Source of the DNA: an uncultured Alphaproteobacteria bacterium
GTDB lineage: Bacteria > Pseudomonadota > Alphaproteobacteria > CAAHEQ01 > UBA3637
Reading direction: 5' to 3'
Assembly: GCA_947586835.1 (NCBI GenBank)
Contig: CANPXT010000001.1
Location: 136,395 to 200,394, forward strand
Length of the DNA: 64,000 nt
The translations under genes and the position numbers were made by a program. Shown here in pieces: positions 56,631-64,000 of the stretch. Each line of letters opens with the position of its first letter. Positions within the stretch are counted from its first letter, which is position 1. The notes beneath the pieces are model-generated. The model made no database searches, was not told the origin of the DNA, and worked only from the letters and a program-made list of their open reading frames with translations.

Positions 56631-58021
56631 CCGATTGTCCAAATGGGACCTTTAGGTGTATCTTTTACTATAATTCCCATATCAGCAAGTTGCTTTTTGA
56701 CGGCATCGGCATTTGCCCAATCTTTCACCGCCCGATAGGCTTCTCTTTTTTGAATGAGTTCTTCTTGCTCAACGGTTAATTTTTGCTCTTTCTGTTTAGG
56801 TAATAATGCCAAAACCGTATCAAACTTTAATAATTGTTGCTTGATCTTGTCAGCTTGTTCAATCGTTAAATCATTGAAATTTTTATTAACCTCAGATATA
56901 AAATCAAAAAAGGCAGCTAATGCCATCGGCATATTTAAATCATCATCAAGAGCCTTTTCAAACCCGTTGGCAACACATTCAAGTGCTTCATCACATGATG
57001 GCCATCCTTGACCCTCTTTCGGTTCATCCAACCGATGAATTAAATTAACAAACCGCTCAATAACTGTTTGATTACCTGATAAATTTTCTTCTTTAAAATC
57101 CATAGTTACCCGATAATGCGCCTTCAACAACTCATATCGTACGGCTTCCGGCGAATATCCTTTATCGGTTAAATCTCGTAACGTGTAAAAATTATTAGCC
57201 GATTTTGACATTTTTTTACCGTTTACCATTATATGCGCATTATGAATCCAGTAATTTACGAATTTACATCCGTAAGCACATTCTGATTGAGCAATTTCAT
57301 TCGTATGGTGCGGAAAAATTAAATCAACACCACCCAAATGCATATCAAGCGGTTGTCCTAAATATTTTCGCGCCATGGCTGAACATTCCAAAGACCAACC
57401 CGGCCGTCCTCTTCCAAAAGGAGCATCCCAAAAAACATCGCCATCTTTTTCGGTGTAAGCTTTCCACAGCGCAAAATCATTAACATCTTCTTTTTCATAT
57501 TCGTCTGACAATCTTCCGTCGGCATTGGCTCTCAATTGACTCGATTGAATACCTGCCATCTGTCCATATTCTTTAAAAGCTTTGATTTTAAAGAATATAT
57601 CACCGGTTTTTGATTTATAGGCATATCCTTTTTCCAATAACAAATTAATGAGCTCAATCATAGCATCAATTTCTTCGGTTGCTCGAATGATATAATCCGG
57701 CTTTTTAATATGTAAAGCTTCCATATCTTTAAAAAAAGCTTCAGCATAAAAATCGGTAAATGCACGCAAAGATATTCCCTCAGCCCGTGAATTTCGAATT
57801 GTTTTATCATCAACATCGGTTAAATTCATGGCGAATGTTACTTTAAAACCTTTATAACGTAAATAACGATTCATTAAATCATAAAACACGAATGCTCTGA
57901 TATTACCGATATGAGCATAATTATAAACAGTCGGGCCGCAACCGTAGAAACGAACTTCATTGTTGCGAATGGGGATGAATTCCTGTTTTTGATGCGTTGC
58001 CGAATTATATAAAGAAAGCAT
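56627..58021 (-). CDS. cysS: Cysteine--tRNA ligase
   Basis: HIGN and KMSKS class I motifs. The start is at MLSLYNS (58021) after GGAGGA. Confidence 0.95.
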   Translation of the reverse strand: MLSLYNSATHQKQEFIPIRNNEVRFYGCGPTVYNYAHIGNIRAFVFYDLMNRYLRYKGFKVTFAMNLTDVDDKTIRNSRAEGISLRAFTDFYAEAFFKDMEALHIKKPDYIIRATEEIDAMIELINLLLEKGYAYKSKTGDIFFKIKAFKEYGQMAGIQSSQLRANADGRLSDEYEKEDVNDFALWKAYTEKDGDVFWDAPFGRGRPGWSLECSAMARKYLGQPLDMHLGGVDLIFPHHTNEIAQSECAYGCKFVNYWIHNAHIMVNGKKMSKSANNFYTLRDLTDKGYSPEAVRYELLKAHYRVTMDFKEENLSGNQTVIERFVNLIHRLDEPKEGQGWPSCDEALECVANGFEKALDDDLNMPMALAAFFDFISEVNKNFNDLTIEQADKIKQQLLKFDTVLALLPKQKEQKLTVEQEELIQKREAYRAVKDWANADAVKKQLADMGIIVKDTPKGPIWTIG

Positions 58022-58051
58022 GGTATCCTCCAAAATCAAATCAAAAAACAT

Positions 58052-58425
58052 ATAACACAGTCCCCCGTTTTTTGCAAGAAAAACTTATCCACTTTTCTTT
58101 TTTCGAATTCTTATATAAAAATATATAATAGTGATAAACCCTGCGTATAATGTGGATAAAAAAAAATTATTTTAGTTGACATAAATTTTTAAGCTTGTCC
58201 GACTCGTTGAAATCGGTGTTTTTCATTATCTTTATTTCCGATTTTGGTTGAACACTTATTGAAAGATACGACTGTTCAATTTTTTTTGAAAAAAATGTAT
58301 GTTTCTTTTTGAGGTGAGAAACATTTTTTTTGTTTTTAAGACTTATCCACAAAATTAACAATATCCATGAAAAAATCTTGCGTCTTTGAAAAAATTTTTG
58401 TATGGTAGAATAAAGAGGGATTAAA
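58052..58425. other. AT-rich divergent intergenic region with three DnaA boxes (candidate oriC or DnaA-regulated promoter region)
   Basis: TTATCCACT at 58085-93 (8 of 9), TGTGGATAA at 58151-59 (perfect, reverse orientation) and TTATCCACA at 58343-51 (perfect). I found no other TTATCCAC in the window. Confidence 0.45.
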
Positions 58426-59127
58426 ATGAGAGAAATTGTTTTTGATACTGAAACAACCGGGTTATTTCCCGATTCTGACAGAATTATTGATATCGGGTGT
58501 ATTGAGCTGATTAATCATGTTCCGACAGGTCGAACATATCAATGCTATATTAATCCCCAACGCGCTATGAGCGAGGAAGTGATCGCTGTTCACGGTTTGA
58601 CGGAAGAATTTTTGTCTGACAAGCCGAAATTTGAGGAAATTGTTGATGATTTTTTGAATTTTATCGGTGAAGATTCCATCTTAATCGCTCATAATGCAAT
58701 CGGTTTTGATATGAAGTTTATAAACGCCGAGCTTGCCAGATGTCATCGTCCTGCTATTGCTTCCGAGCGCATCTTGGATACTCTTTTAATGGCGCGTAAA
58801 ATGTTTCCCGGATCCCGAGTAAATTTGGATGAGTTATGTAAACGTTTTCATATAGATAATTCTTCGCGAACAAAACACGGTGCATTGTTGGACAGTGAAT
58901 TATTGGCTGAAGTTTATTTAGAATTGATCGGAGGGCGTGAGCCGGAGTTTTTATCTGAGAAAACAAAAGAAAAAGAAGTAACAAATGTATCCGTACAGCC
59001 GGTTCATTTAAAAGCGGAAAATTTAGAATATCATAAACCGCGATTATTTGTCGTTTCAGCGGAAGAAGAAAAGCAACATATTGATTTTATTAGAAAAATA
59101 AAAAATAATTTATGGGAGATTGAATGA
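58426..59127 (+). CDS. dnaQ: DNA polymerase III epsilon subunit (3'-5' exonuclease)
   Basis: Exo I EIVFDTETTGL, Exo II AHNA.FD..F and Exo III H.AL.D...LA.VY. Confidence 0.92.
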   Translation: MREIVFDTETTGLFPDSDRIIDIGCIELINHVPTGRTYQCYINPQRAMSEEVIAVHGLTEEFLSDKPKFEEIVDDFLNFIGEDSILIAHNAIGFDMKFINAELARCHRPAIASERILDTLLMARKMFPGSRVNLDELCKRFHIDNSSRTKHGALLDSELLAEVYLELIGGREPEFLSEKTKEKEVTNVSVQPVHLKAENLEYHKPRLFVVSAEEEKQHIDFIRKIKNNLWEIE

Positions 59128-59549
59128 AAAAAATTCTCTTTTTGTCTTGTTTATTGATTACCGTTCCTGTTTTTGGACAAATGATTGATTTATTGTCAAA
59201 TATGGCTATTCAAGGACAAATGGATGCTCAATCAGCCAAGCAATTAAAAACAGGGTTTAATGCTCTTCAACAAAATGAATTAATTAATAAAATCAATTTG
59301 TTAATTATGGATGCTACTTCAAGGTCAGATAAATCAAACTTGCAAAAATCACAATTTTCTTATCAATTAAACCCGCTGGAATGGAATATTCAAGGCATTG
59401 ATTCTCAAAGATTTTCTTTGACGTTTCAAAATGTTGATCAATCACTTTGTTTTAAATTAATCCACTCTCTTTCTTATCAATCTTTATGGGTGAATCAGCA
59501 AAACAATAAAGAGTGCAAAGAGAGAAATAGTCTAAAATTTATTTTTTAA
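59124..59549 (+). CDS. Secreted hypothetical protein translationally coupled to dnaQ
   Basis: The ATGA overlaps the dnaQ stop. It has a signal peptide (MKKILFLSCLLITVPVFG), Q/N-rich text and a terminal Phe. Confidence 0.45.
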   Translation: MKKILFLSCLLITVPVFGQMIDLLSNMAIQGQMDAQSAKQLKTGFNALQQNELINKINLLIMDATSRSDKSNLQKSQFSYQLNPLEWNIQGIDSQRFSLTFQNVDQSLCFKLIHSLSYQSLWVNQQNNKECKERNSLKFIF

Positions 59550-59583
59550 TTAATTTATTGTTATTATTAATGTTTTTTATGAT

Positions 59584-59599
59584 TGTTTCACGGGAAACA
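59584..59599. promoter_or_regulatory. parS-like centromere site
   Basis: TGTTTCACGGGAAACA matches the TGTTNCACGTGAAACA consensus at 15 of 16 positions. It lies about 80 nt upstream of rsmG-parA-parB. Confidence 0.65.
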
Positions 59600-59671
59600 T
59601 ATGAATATAAAAAATAATGCTTGCATTTAAAATAAAAAAAAGTTAATGTTTTGTTAATATGAAATTGAGGA

Positions 59672-59687
59672 TGTTTCACATGGAACA
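59672..59687. promoter_or_regulatory. Degenerate parS-like site overlapping the rsmG start
   Basis: TGTTTCACATGGAACA matches the consensus at 14 of 16 positions. Confidence 0.4.
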
Positions 59688-60279
59688 ATTGAGTCAAAAA
59701 ATTATGCCGGCAAAAAATCTTTTTGAGCGTTATGCTCACTTGATAACACATTGGCAAAAAGCGTTGAATATTGTTTCAAATCGTGATGTAAATAACTTGT
59801 GGAAGCGACATATTTATGATTCCGCACAACTTTATTTTTACCTGCCGAAACAAGCAAAAGTGTTGGTCGATTTTGGTTCGGGAGGTGGTTTTCCTGCGCT
59901 GGTTTTGGCAATTTTAAATCAATGTTTAAACGGAACACTGACTGATTTTTATTTAATTGAAAGTGATGGAAAAAAATGTGTTTTCTTGCAGGAAGCATCA
60001 CGAGAGTTAGGAATTAATGTTCATATTTTAAATGATAGAATTGAGAATATTCAAAATTTGAAAGCTGATGTTATTACTGCCCGCGGATTCGCAAAATTAA
60101 ATCGAATTATTGAATACGGATTACCTTTTTTAAAAGAAAATACAGTTTTTTTGTTATTAAAAGGAAAAAATGTATCCGAAGAGTTAAAAGAAATCGATTC
60201 TACCGTGTCGATTGATTGTATTAACGGTATCAATGAAGGTTATATTGTTCAAATATCTGGGGTTCAAAAAAAATGCTAA
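59680..60279 (+). CDS. rsmG: 16S rRNA (guanine527-N7)-methyltransferase RsmG (GidB)
   Basis: DFGSGGGFPALVLAI SAM motif. The start at 59680 (MEQLSQ) is favoured by GAGG 9 nt upstream. In-frame ATGs at 59659 and 59671 are alternatives. Confidence 0.9.
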   Translation: MEQLSQKIMPAKNLFERYAHLITHWQKALNIVSNRDVNNLWKRHIYDSAQLYFYLPKQAKVLVDFGSGGGFPALVLAILNQCLNGTLTDFYLIESDGKKCVFLQEASRELGINVHILNDRIENIQNLKADVITARGFAKLNRIIEYGLPFLKENTVFLLLKGKNVSEELKEIDSTVSIDCINGINEGYIVQISGVQKKC

Positions 60280-61052
60280 AACCTTATATTTTTTCTGTTT
60301 CAAACCAAAAAGGCGGTGTGGGAAAAACAACAACAGCTGTTAATTTGGCTACGGCTTTAGTTGCTGTCGGTAAAAAAGTTTTAATTATTGATTTGGATCC
60401 TCAGGGAAACGCAACTGTCAGTGTGGGATCAACGAGAAGAAAAGGATTGAATTCCTATACCTTCATAACAGGACATCATACCTTGTCACAAGTTATTACC
60501 GAAACACAAATACCGCAATTATATATTATGCCATCCGGCAAAGAATTGTTGGGTATAGATATTGAGTTGGCAGATAGAGAAAAACCGCAATTTTTCTTAA
60601 AAAAAGCTTTAAAAGATGTCCATGGTTTTGATTATATTTTTATCGATTGTCCGCCAGCTGTCGGGTTATTAACAATGAATGCGCTTGTTGCCTCTGACTA
60701 TGTCATTATACCGGTTCAATGCGAATATTTAGCTTTGGAAGGTGTTGCCGATTTAATGAAAACCATTCAAAAAGTTAAACAAAATTTTAATTCAAAATTA
60801 GTTTTGCATGGCATTGTTTTAACAATGTTTGACGGGCGATCAAACTTATCAAAATCTATTGTTGCAGATGTTAAATCATATTTTAAAGATTATGTATATG
60901 ATACCATTATTCCCCGTAACGTACGTATTCCTGAAGCACCGTCACACGGAAAACCTGTTGTAATTTATGATGTGAAAAGTATGGGTTCTAAAAGTTATAT
61001 TCGATTGGCAGCAGAGGTGTTAAGTAAAGGAAAGGAGTTGTTCAATGGATAA
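60273..61052 (+). CDS. parA: Chromosome partitioning ATPase ParA
   Basis: Deviant Walker A motif NQKGGVGKTTTAVNLA, and DCPP. Confidence 0.95.
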   Translation: MLKPYIFSVSNQKGGVGKTTTAVNLATALVAVGKKVLIIDLDPQGNATVSVGSTRRKGLNSYTFITGHHTLSQVITETQIPQLYIMPSGKELLGIDIELADREKPQFFLKKALKDVHGFDYIFIDCPPAVGLLTMNALVASDYVIIPVQCEYLALEGVADLMKTIQKVKQNFNSKLVLHGIVLTMFDGRSNLSKSIVADVKSYFKDYVYDTIIPRNVRIPEAPSHGKPVVIYDVKSMGSKSYIRLAAEVLSKGKELFNG

Positions 61053-61920
61053 AAATTTAGGATTAGGGCGAGGATTACAAGCTTTAATGGGTGATGAATC
61101 GTTTGAAGAACAAGAGTTAACCTTACAAAATAATTCCGTAAATACCGTTTTATATATCGATAGTTCTCAATTGGTTGCCGGTTCATTTCAGCCGCGGCGC
61201 GTTTTTACAACGGAAGCTTTAGCCGATTTAGTGGTTTCTATTAAAGAAAAAGGTGTTTTACAGCCGCTTTTAGTACGGAAAAGCGCGCAGAAAAATCAAT
61301 ATGAAATTATTGCCGGTGAGCGGCGGTTTCGTGCTTCTAAAATGGCAGGCTTGACAAAAGTTCCCGTGATTGTAAAGGATTTTACGGATAAAGAAGCATT
61401 AGAAGTTGCCATCATTGAAAACTTACAACGGGAAGATTTAAATCCGTTAGAAGAAGCTGAAGCTTATAAACGCTTAATGAAGGAATTTCATTATAAACAG
61501 GAAGATTTGTCACGGGTTATCGGAAAAAGTCGTAGTCATTTAGCTAATATGATTCGATTATTAGATTTGCCGGATGAAGTAAAAATGTTATTGGAAAAGA
61601 AGGAAATTACGGTTGGTCACGCGCGTGCTTTATTAACCGCTAAAGATCCGATTACATTGTGTCGCGAAGTGATTAAAAAAGGTTTAAATGTTCGTCAGAC
61701 CGAAAAATTGGCAACACAACGCAGTAAAACACATTCGATTATGAAAGAAAAGAATAAACATATTGAAGCATTAGCAACGCAATTTAGTTCATTATTGAAT
61801 ACAAAGGTTTCAATTCAATGGAGCGGTATGTCCGGAAAAGTAATTGTTCATTGTCAATCTGCTGATGAATTGGATGATGTTTTGCAACGCTTAAGTTATG
61901 GCGGTTCTTTAAAAAAGTAA
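61045..61920 (+). CDS. parB: Chromosome partitioning protein ParB
   Basis: GLGRGL..L, Q.R and GERR(F)RA box, plus a helix-turn-helix. Confidence 0.95.
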   Translation: MDKNLGLGRGLQALMGDESFEEQELTLQNNSVNTVLYIDSSQLVAGSFQPRRVFTTEALADLVVSIKEKGVLQPLLVRKSAQKNQYEIIAGERRFRASKMAGLTKVPVIVKDFTDKEALEVAIIENLQREDLNPLEEAEAYKRLMKEFHYKQEDLSRVIGKSRSHLANMIRLLDLPDEVKMLLEKKEITVGHARALLTAKDPITLCREVIKKGLNVRQTEKLATQRSKTHSIMKEKNKHIEALATQFSSLLNTKVSIQWSGMSGKVIVHCQSADELDDVLQRLSYGGSLKK

Positions 61921-61922
61921 TA

Positions 61923-62957
61923 TTAAAAAGTTTGTCTTTTAAGTTTTCTAGCCAAACCGCAAACCATGGTAATGGTGCGATGTAATACAACATTAGCCGG
62001 TGTACCTGTTTTTTTGATTTGTTCTTCCGTTTCGTTTAATAAAAGTAAAGTTTTTAAAATCAAATCTTTATTCCATAAATGAATATGCATTAAAAGCGTA
62101 TCTTTATACATATATTGATTGGCACGTAAAAGTTTTTTCAAAATCACGTCACCGGCAGTTTGTTTTGAAATCAGATCTTTTCCAATCATTAATTTATTAA
62201 AGTATTGCATCAAATTGTGAACGATTGTAACAGGCATTTCATTATTTTCTAACAATATTTTAATGGCTGAATCGGATTGTTTTTGATCACCGCCTGCTAC
62301 ATAAAAACACAATTGATCCATTGTTGAATTTTTTAAATCCGGAATAACATTTTCAACATCAATCGTTGTGATTTCTTTATTTTCACCCATGTATATCAAT
62401 AATTTTGATAGTTCGTTTTTTGTAATAAAGCGATTTTCATTCAGGCGACTTTGTAATAAATTCAACACATCCTCAGAGCAATAATAATTATTTGATTTTA
62501 AAAACTCTTTAATAAAAAAACGTGTATCACTTTCATTATCTTCGTAACAAGCAATTGTTAAAGCGCTTTCGTGATTTTCACACAAAACACGCAAAGAGGC
62601 GTTTTTTATTAAGTTTTCGGTTGTAATTAATAACAGTGTATTTGTTTGAATGTTTTCCAAATAAGATTCAATTATTTCCGTTTGATTATTATCAGCATCT
62701 TTGAGCCAAATAATTTTTTTATTTGTCCAAAACGAAACAGTATTTGCTTCATCCAATAACAAGGATGGTTGTTCCTTTAATTGCGTTTTATGTACTTTAA
62801 TGAGAGAAAAATCATCTGTTTTAGGCAGAACCATTTGTATGATTTTATCGGCACAATCCGAAACAACGCTAAAATCGGTTCCGAAAAGTAAAATCACTCG
62901 ATAATGCTCGGTGATTTGTTTTTTTAAAGCGTCAATTTGAAACGGTTTTGCTTTCAT
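61923..62957 (-). CDS. holA: DNA polymerase III delta subunit
   Basis: 344 aa with a family-like N-terminus (..ILLFG.D....) and helical C-terminal domains. The position (lptE-holA convergent with parB) matches alphaproteobacterial synteny. Confidence 0.75.
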   Translation of the reverse strand: MKAKPFQIDALKKQITEHYRVILLFGTDFSVVSDCADKIIQMVLPKTDDFSLIKVHKTQLKEQPSLLLDEANTVSFWTNKKIIWLKDADNNQTEIIESYLENIQTNTLLLITTENLIKNASLRVLCENHESALTIACYEDNESDTRFFIKEFLKSNNYYCSEDVLNLLQSRLNENRFITKNELSKLLIYMGENKEITTIDVENVIPDLKNSTMDQLCFYVAGGDQKQSDSAIKILLENNEMPVTIVHNLMQYFNKLMIGKDLISKQTAGDVILKKLLRANQYMYKDTLLMHIHLWNKDLILKTLLLLNETEEQIKKTGTPANVVLHRTITMVCGLARKLKRQTF

Positions 62958-63459
62958 TTTTCTCCTCTTGTGATTTTAAGAAAGAGATAATACGTACAGA
63001 AATATTATTTGCTATAATTTTCAGTAAGTTTGTTTTAAGTTTGTTTCGAGCCGTTTGTGTTGCATAAGGATCCTGCACAATATTATAAGCACCCGTTGCT
63101 ATTGTAGAATCAGTTAAAACAATTTTTTGAGTTTGCGTGTTTTTTAATTGAAAGGAAGCGCTGACGGTTGTGTTTTCACGGCTGGAAAAATTATCACCTT
63201 GAATAGTTTGATCTTCGTAGACGGGTGATTTTAATAACACCGTTAAAACATACTCTTTCGGTGCATTAGATTTGTTGGGATTTAAAAGATTTTGCAATTC
63301 TTTTTTTAATAAATACCCGTCATAATTCGGAATGTTGGCAATAGTGATTTTTTCTGTTTCAGAGATGATATTTTGTCCGTTATTGATTTGATTCATCGGT
63401 GTAAAACCGCACCCTGTCAATAAAATAGTTGTAAATATCAGTAGATTTTTATAAAACAT
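62932..63459 (-). CDS. lptE: LPS-assembly lipoprotein LptE
   Basis: Lipobox MFYKNLLIFTTILLTGCGF, a size of about 175 aa, and position immediately upstream of holA. The ORF-track N-terminal extension to 63642 is rejected because it runs into the divergent miaA. Confidence 0.7.
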   Translation of the reverse strand: MFYKNLLIFTTILLTGCGFTPMNQINNGQNIISETEKITIANIPNYDGYLLKKELQNLLNPNKSNAPKEYVLTVLLKSPVYEDQTIQGDNFSSRENTTVSASFQLKNTQTQKIVLTDSTIATGAYNIVQDPYATQTARNKLKTNLLKIIANNISVRIISFLKSQEEKNESKTVSN

Positions 63460-63528
63460 TATGTTATCCTTTTTCTGATTTATTTCATCATAATTCATTT
63501 TTTTTAAAAAAACAAGGATTATATCTTT

Positions 63529-64000
63529 ATGAAACGAAAAATAAACATAATTGTCGGGCCGACTGCCGGCGGAAAGTCTTTGTTCGGATTTCGTTTGGCC
63601 GAAAAAATAAAAGGGGAAATCGTTAATGCAGATTCCATACAAGTTTACAAAGATTTAAAAATTTTATCCGCCCGATCGGATTCGGGAATTATTAACGGTA
63701 TTAATCATCATTTATACGGGTATATGAATGCCTTTGAAAAAAATTCGGTCTATGATTGGTTGCTTAAAGCCGTAGAAGTTGTGAAAAATATTGAAAATCC
63801 CATTTTTATCGGCGGGACGGGATTATACATTGATGTTTTAATGAATGGTGTTTCTCCCATTCCGCCGGTTGATTTAAAAATTCGTGAAGAAGTACGCCAA
63901 ATGGATTTAGATGAAGTGCGTCAAAAAGTTCTTGATTGCCATTTTCACGATTCTCAACGATTACGGCGCGCGTTAGAAGTTCAATTAACAACGGGAAAAC
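63529..64000 (+). CDS. miaA: tRNA dimethylallyltransferase MiaA, N-terminal part (continues beyond window)
   Basis: My own translation from ATG 63529 gives MKRKINIIVGPTAGGKSL...ADSIQVYKDL.ILSA...GGTGLY...; the frame is open to the window end. It is absent from the ORF track because no stop falls within the window. Confidence 0.9.
   Translation, partial: MKRKINIIVGPTAGGKSLFGFRLAEKIKGEIVNADSIQVYKDLKILSARSDSGIINGINHHLYGYMNAFEKNSVYDWLLKAVEVVKNIENPIFIGGTGLYIDVLMNGVSPIPPVDLKIREEVRQMDLDEVRQKVLDCHFHDSQRLRRALEVQLTTGK

Noticed and set aside
58167-58361. 64-aa minus-strand ORF in the cysS/dnaQ spacer
   Set aside because: It is a Lys/Asn/Ile-rich translation of AT-rich intergenic DNA with no SD, and it spans the DnaA boxes and hairpins. 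It is most likely spurious.
63460-63642. N-terminal extension of the lptE ORF
   Set aside because: The lipoprotein signal peptide begins at Met 63459. The extension crosses the divergent promoter region and the start of miaA.
63806-63991. 61-aa minus-strand ORF
   Set aside because: It lies antisense to the clearly recognisable miaA reading frame (GPTAGGKS...), which is missing from the ORF track only because it runs off the window.
1-64000. Scan for defence systems, toxin-antitoxin pairs, prophage, IS elements, integrons, retrons, rRNA, tmRNA and riboswitches
   Set aside because: No reverse transcriptase, nuclease-helicase, transposase or integrase motifs were found. There are no long terminal inverted repeats and no conserved structured-RNA-like GC-rich intergenic segment. 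The TerC-family gene has no leader in which a Mn riboswitch could sit. The absence was judged by eye only.

Overview
This is a 64-kb chromosomal window from a compact, low-GC bacterial genome using the standard genetic code. Gene content and synteny look alphaproteobacterial: dnaK-dnaJ, ybaB-recR, zapA with an upstream coiled-coil gene, an ELM1-family gene, and rsmG-parA-parB facing holA-lptE. The window is probably origin-proximal. I support about 65 protein genes, mostly housekeeping, plus one tRNA-Lys(UUU). They cover chaperones, DNA repair and replication, RNA modification, glycolysis and pentose-phosphate enzymes (gap, pgk, tkt, fba, rpe, glgP), envelope genes (lptG, lptE, uppP, ampD-like, M23, LtaS-like) and Tat export. 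Many genes overlap by 1-26 nt. I found no transposase, integrase, CRISPR array or recognisable defence or toxin gene. All protein calls rest on motifs read by eye, because no database search was possible. The most notable observations are these. (1) An accessory surface O-acetylation locus has two tandem AlgJ/AlgX-like paralogs, each with its own promoter, followed by an MBOAT gene. In the first paralog an (ATAC)9 tract separates the paralog-like N-terminal start from the body by a frameshift that +1 or -2 repeat units would correct, which is the signature of a slipped-strand phase switch. (2) Just upstream lies a self-contained mini transcription unit: promoter, strong SD, a 10-codon ORF MPGCGCGTKK and a strong terminator. 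(3) A co-directional array encodes a NapH-like membrane polyferredoxin, tatA, tatC and a signal-peptide-bearing flavodoxin-like protein. (4) A 627-aa orphan protein carries a poly-Asp 45-bp tandem repeat and a Q/N-rich tail. (5) An AT-rich cysS/dnaQ intergenic region has three DnaA boxes and orphan hairpin/T-tracts, with parS-like sites about 1.2 kb away, making it a candidate oriC. (6) There are DUF2157-like and GDYXXLXY membrane gene pairs of unknown function.
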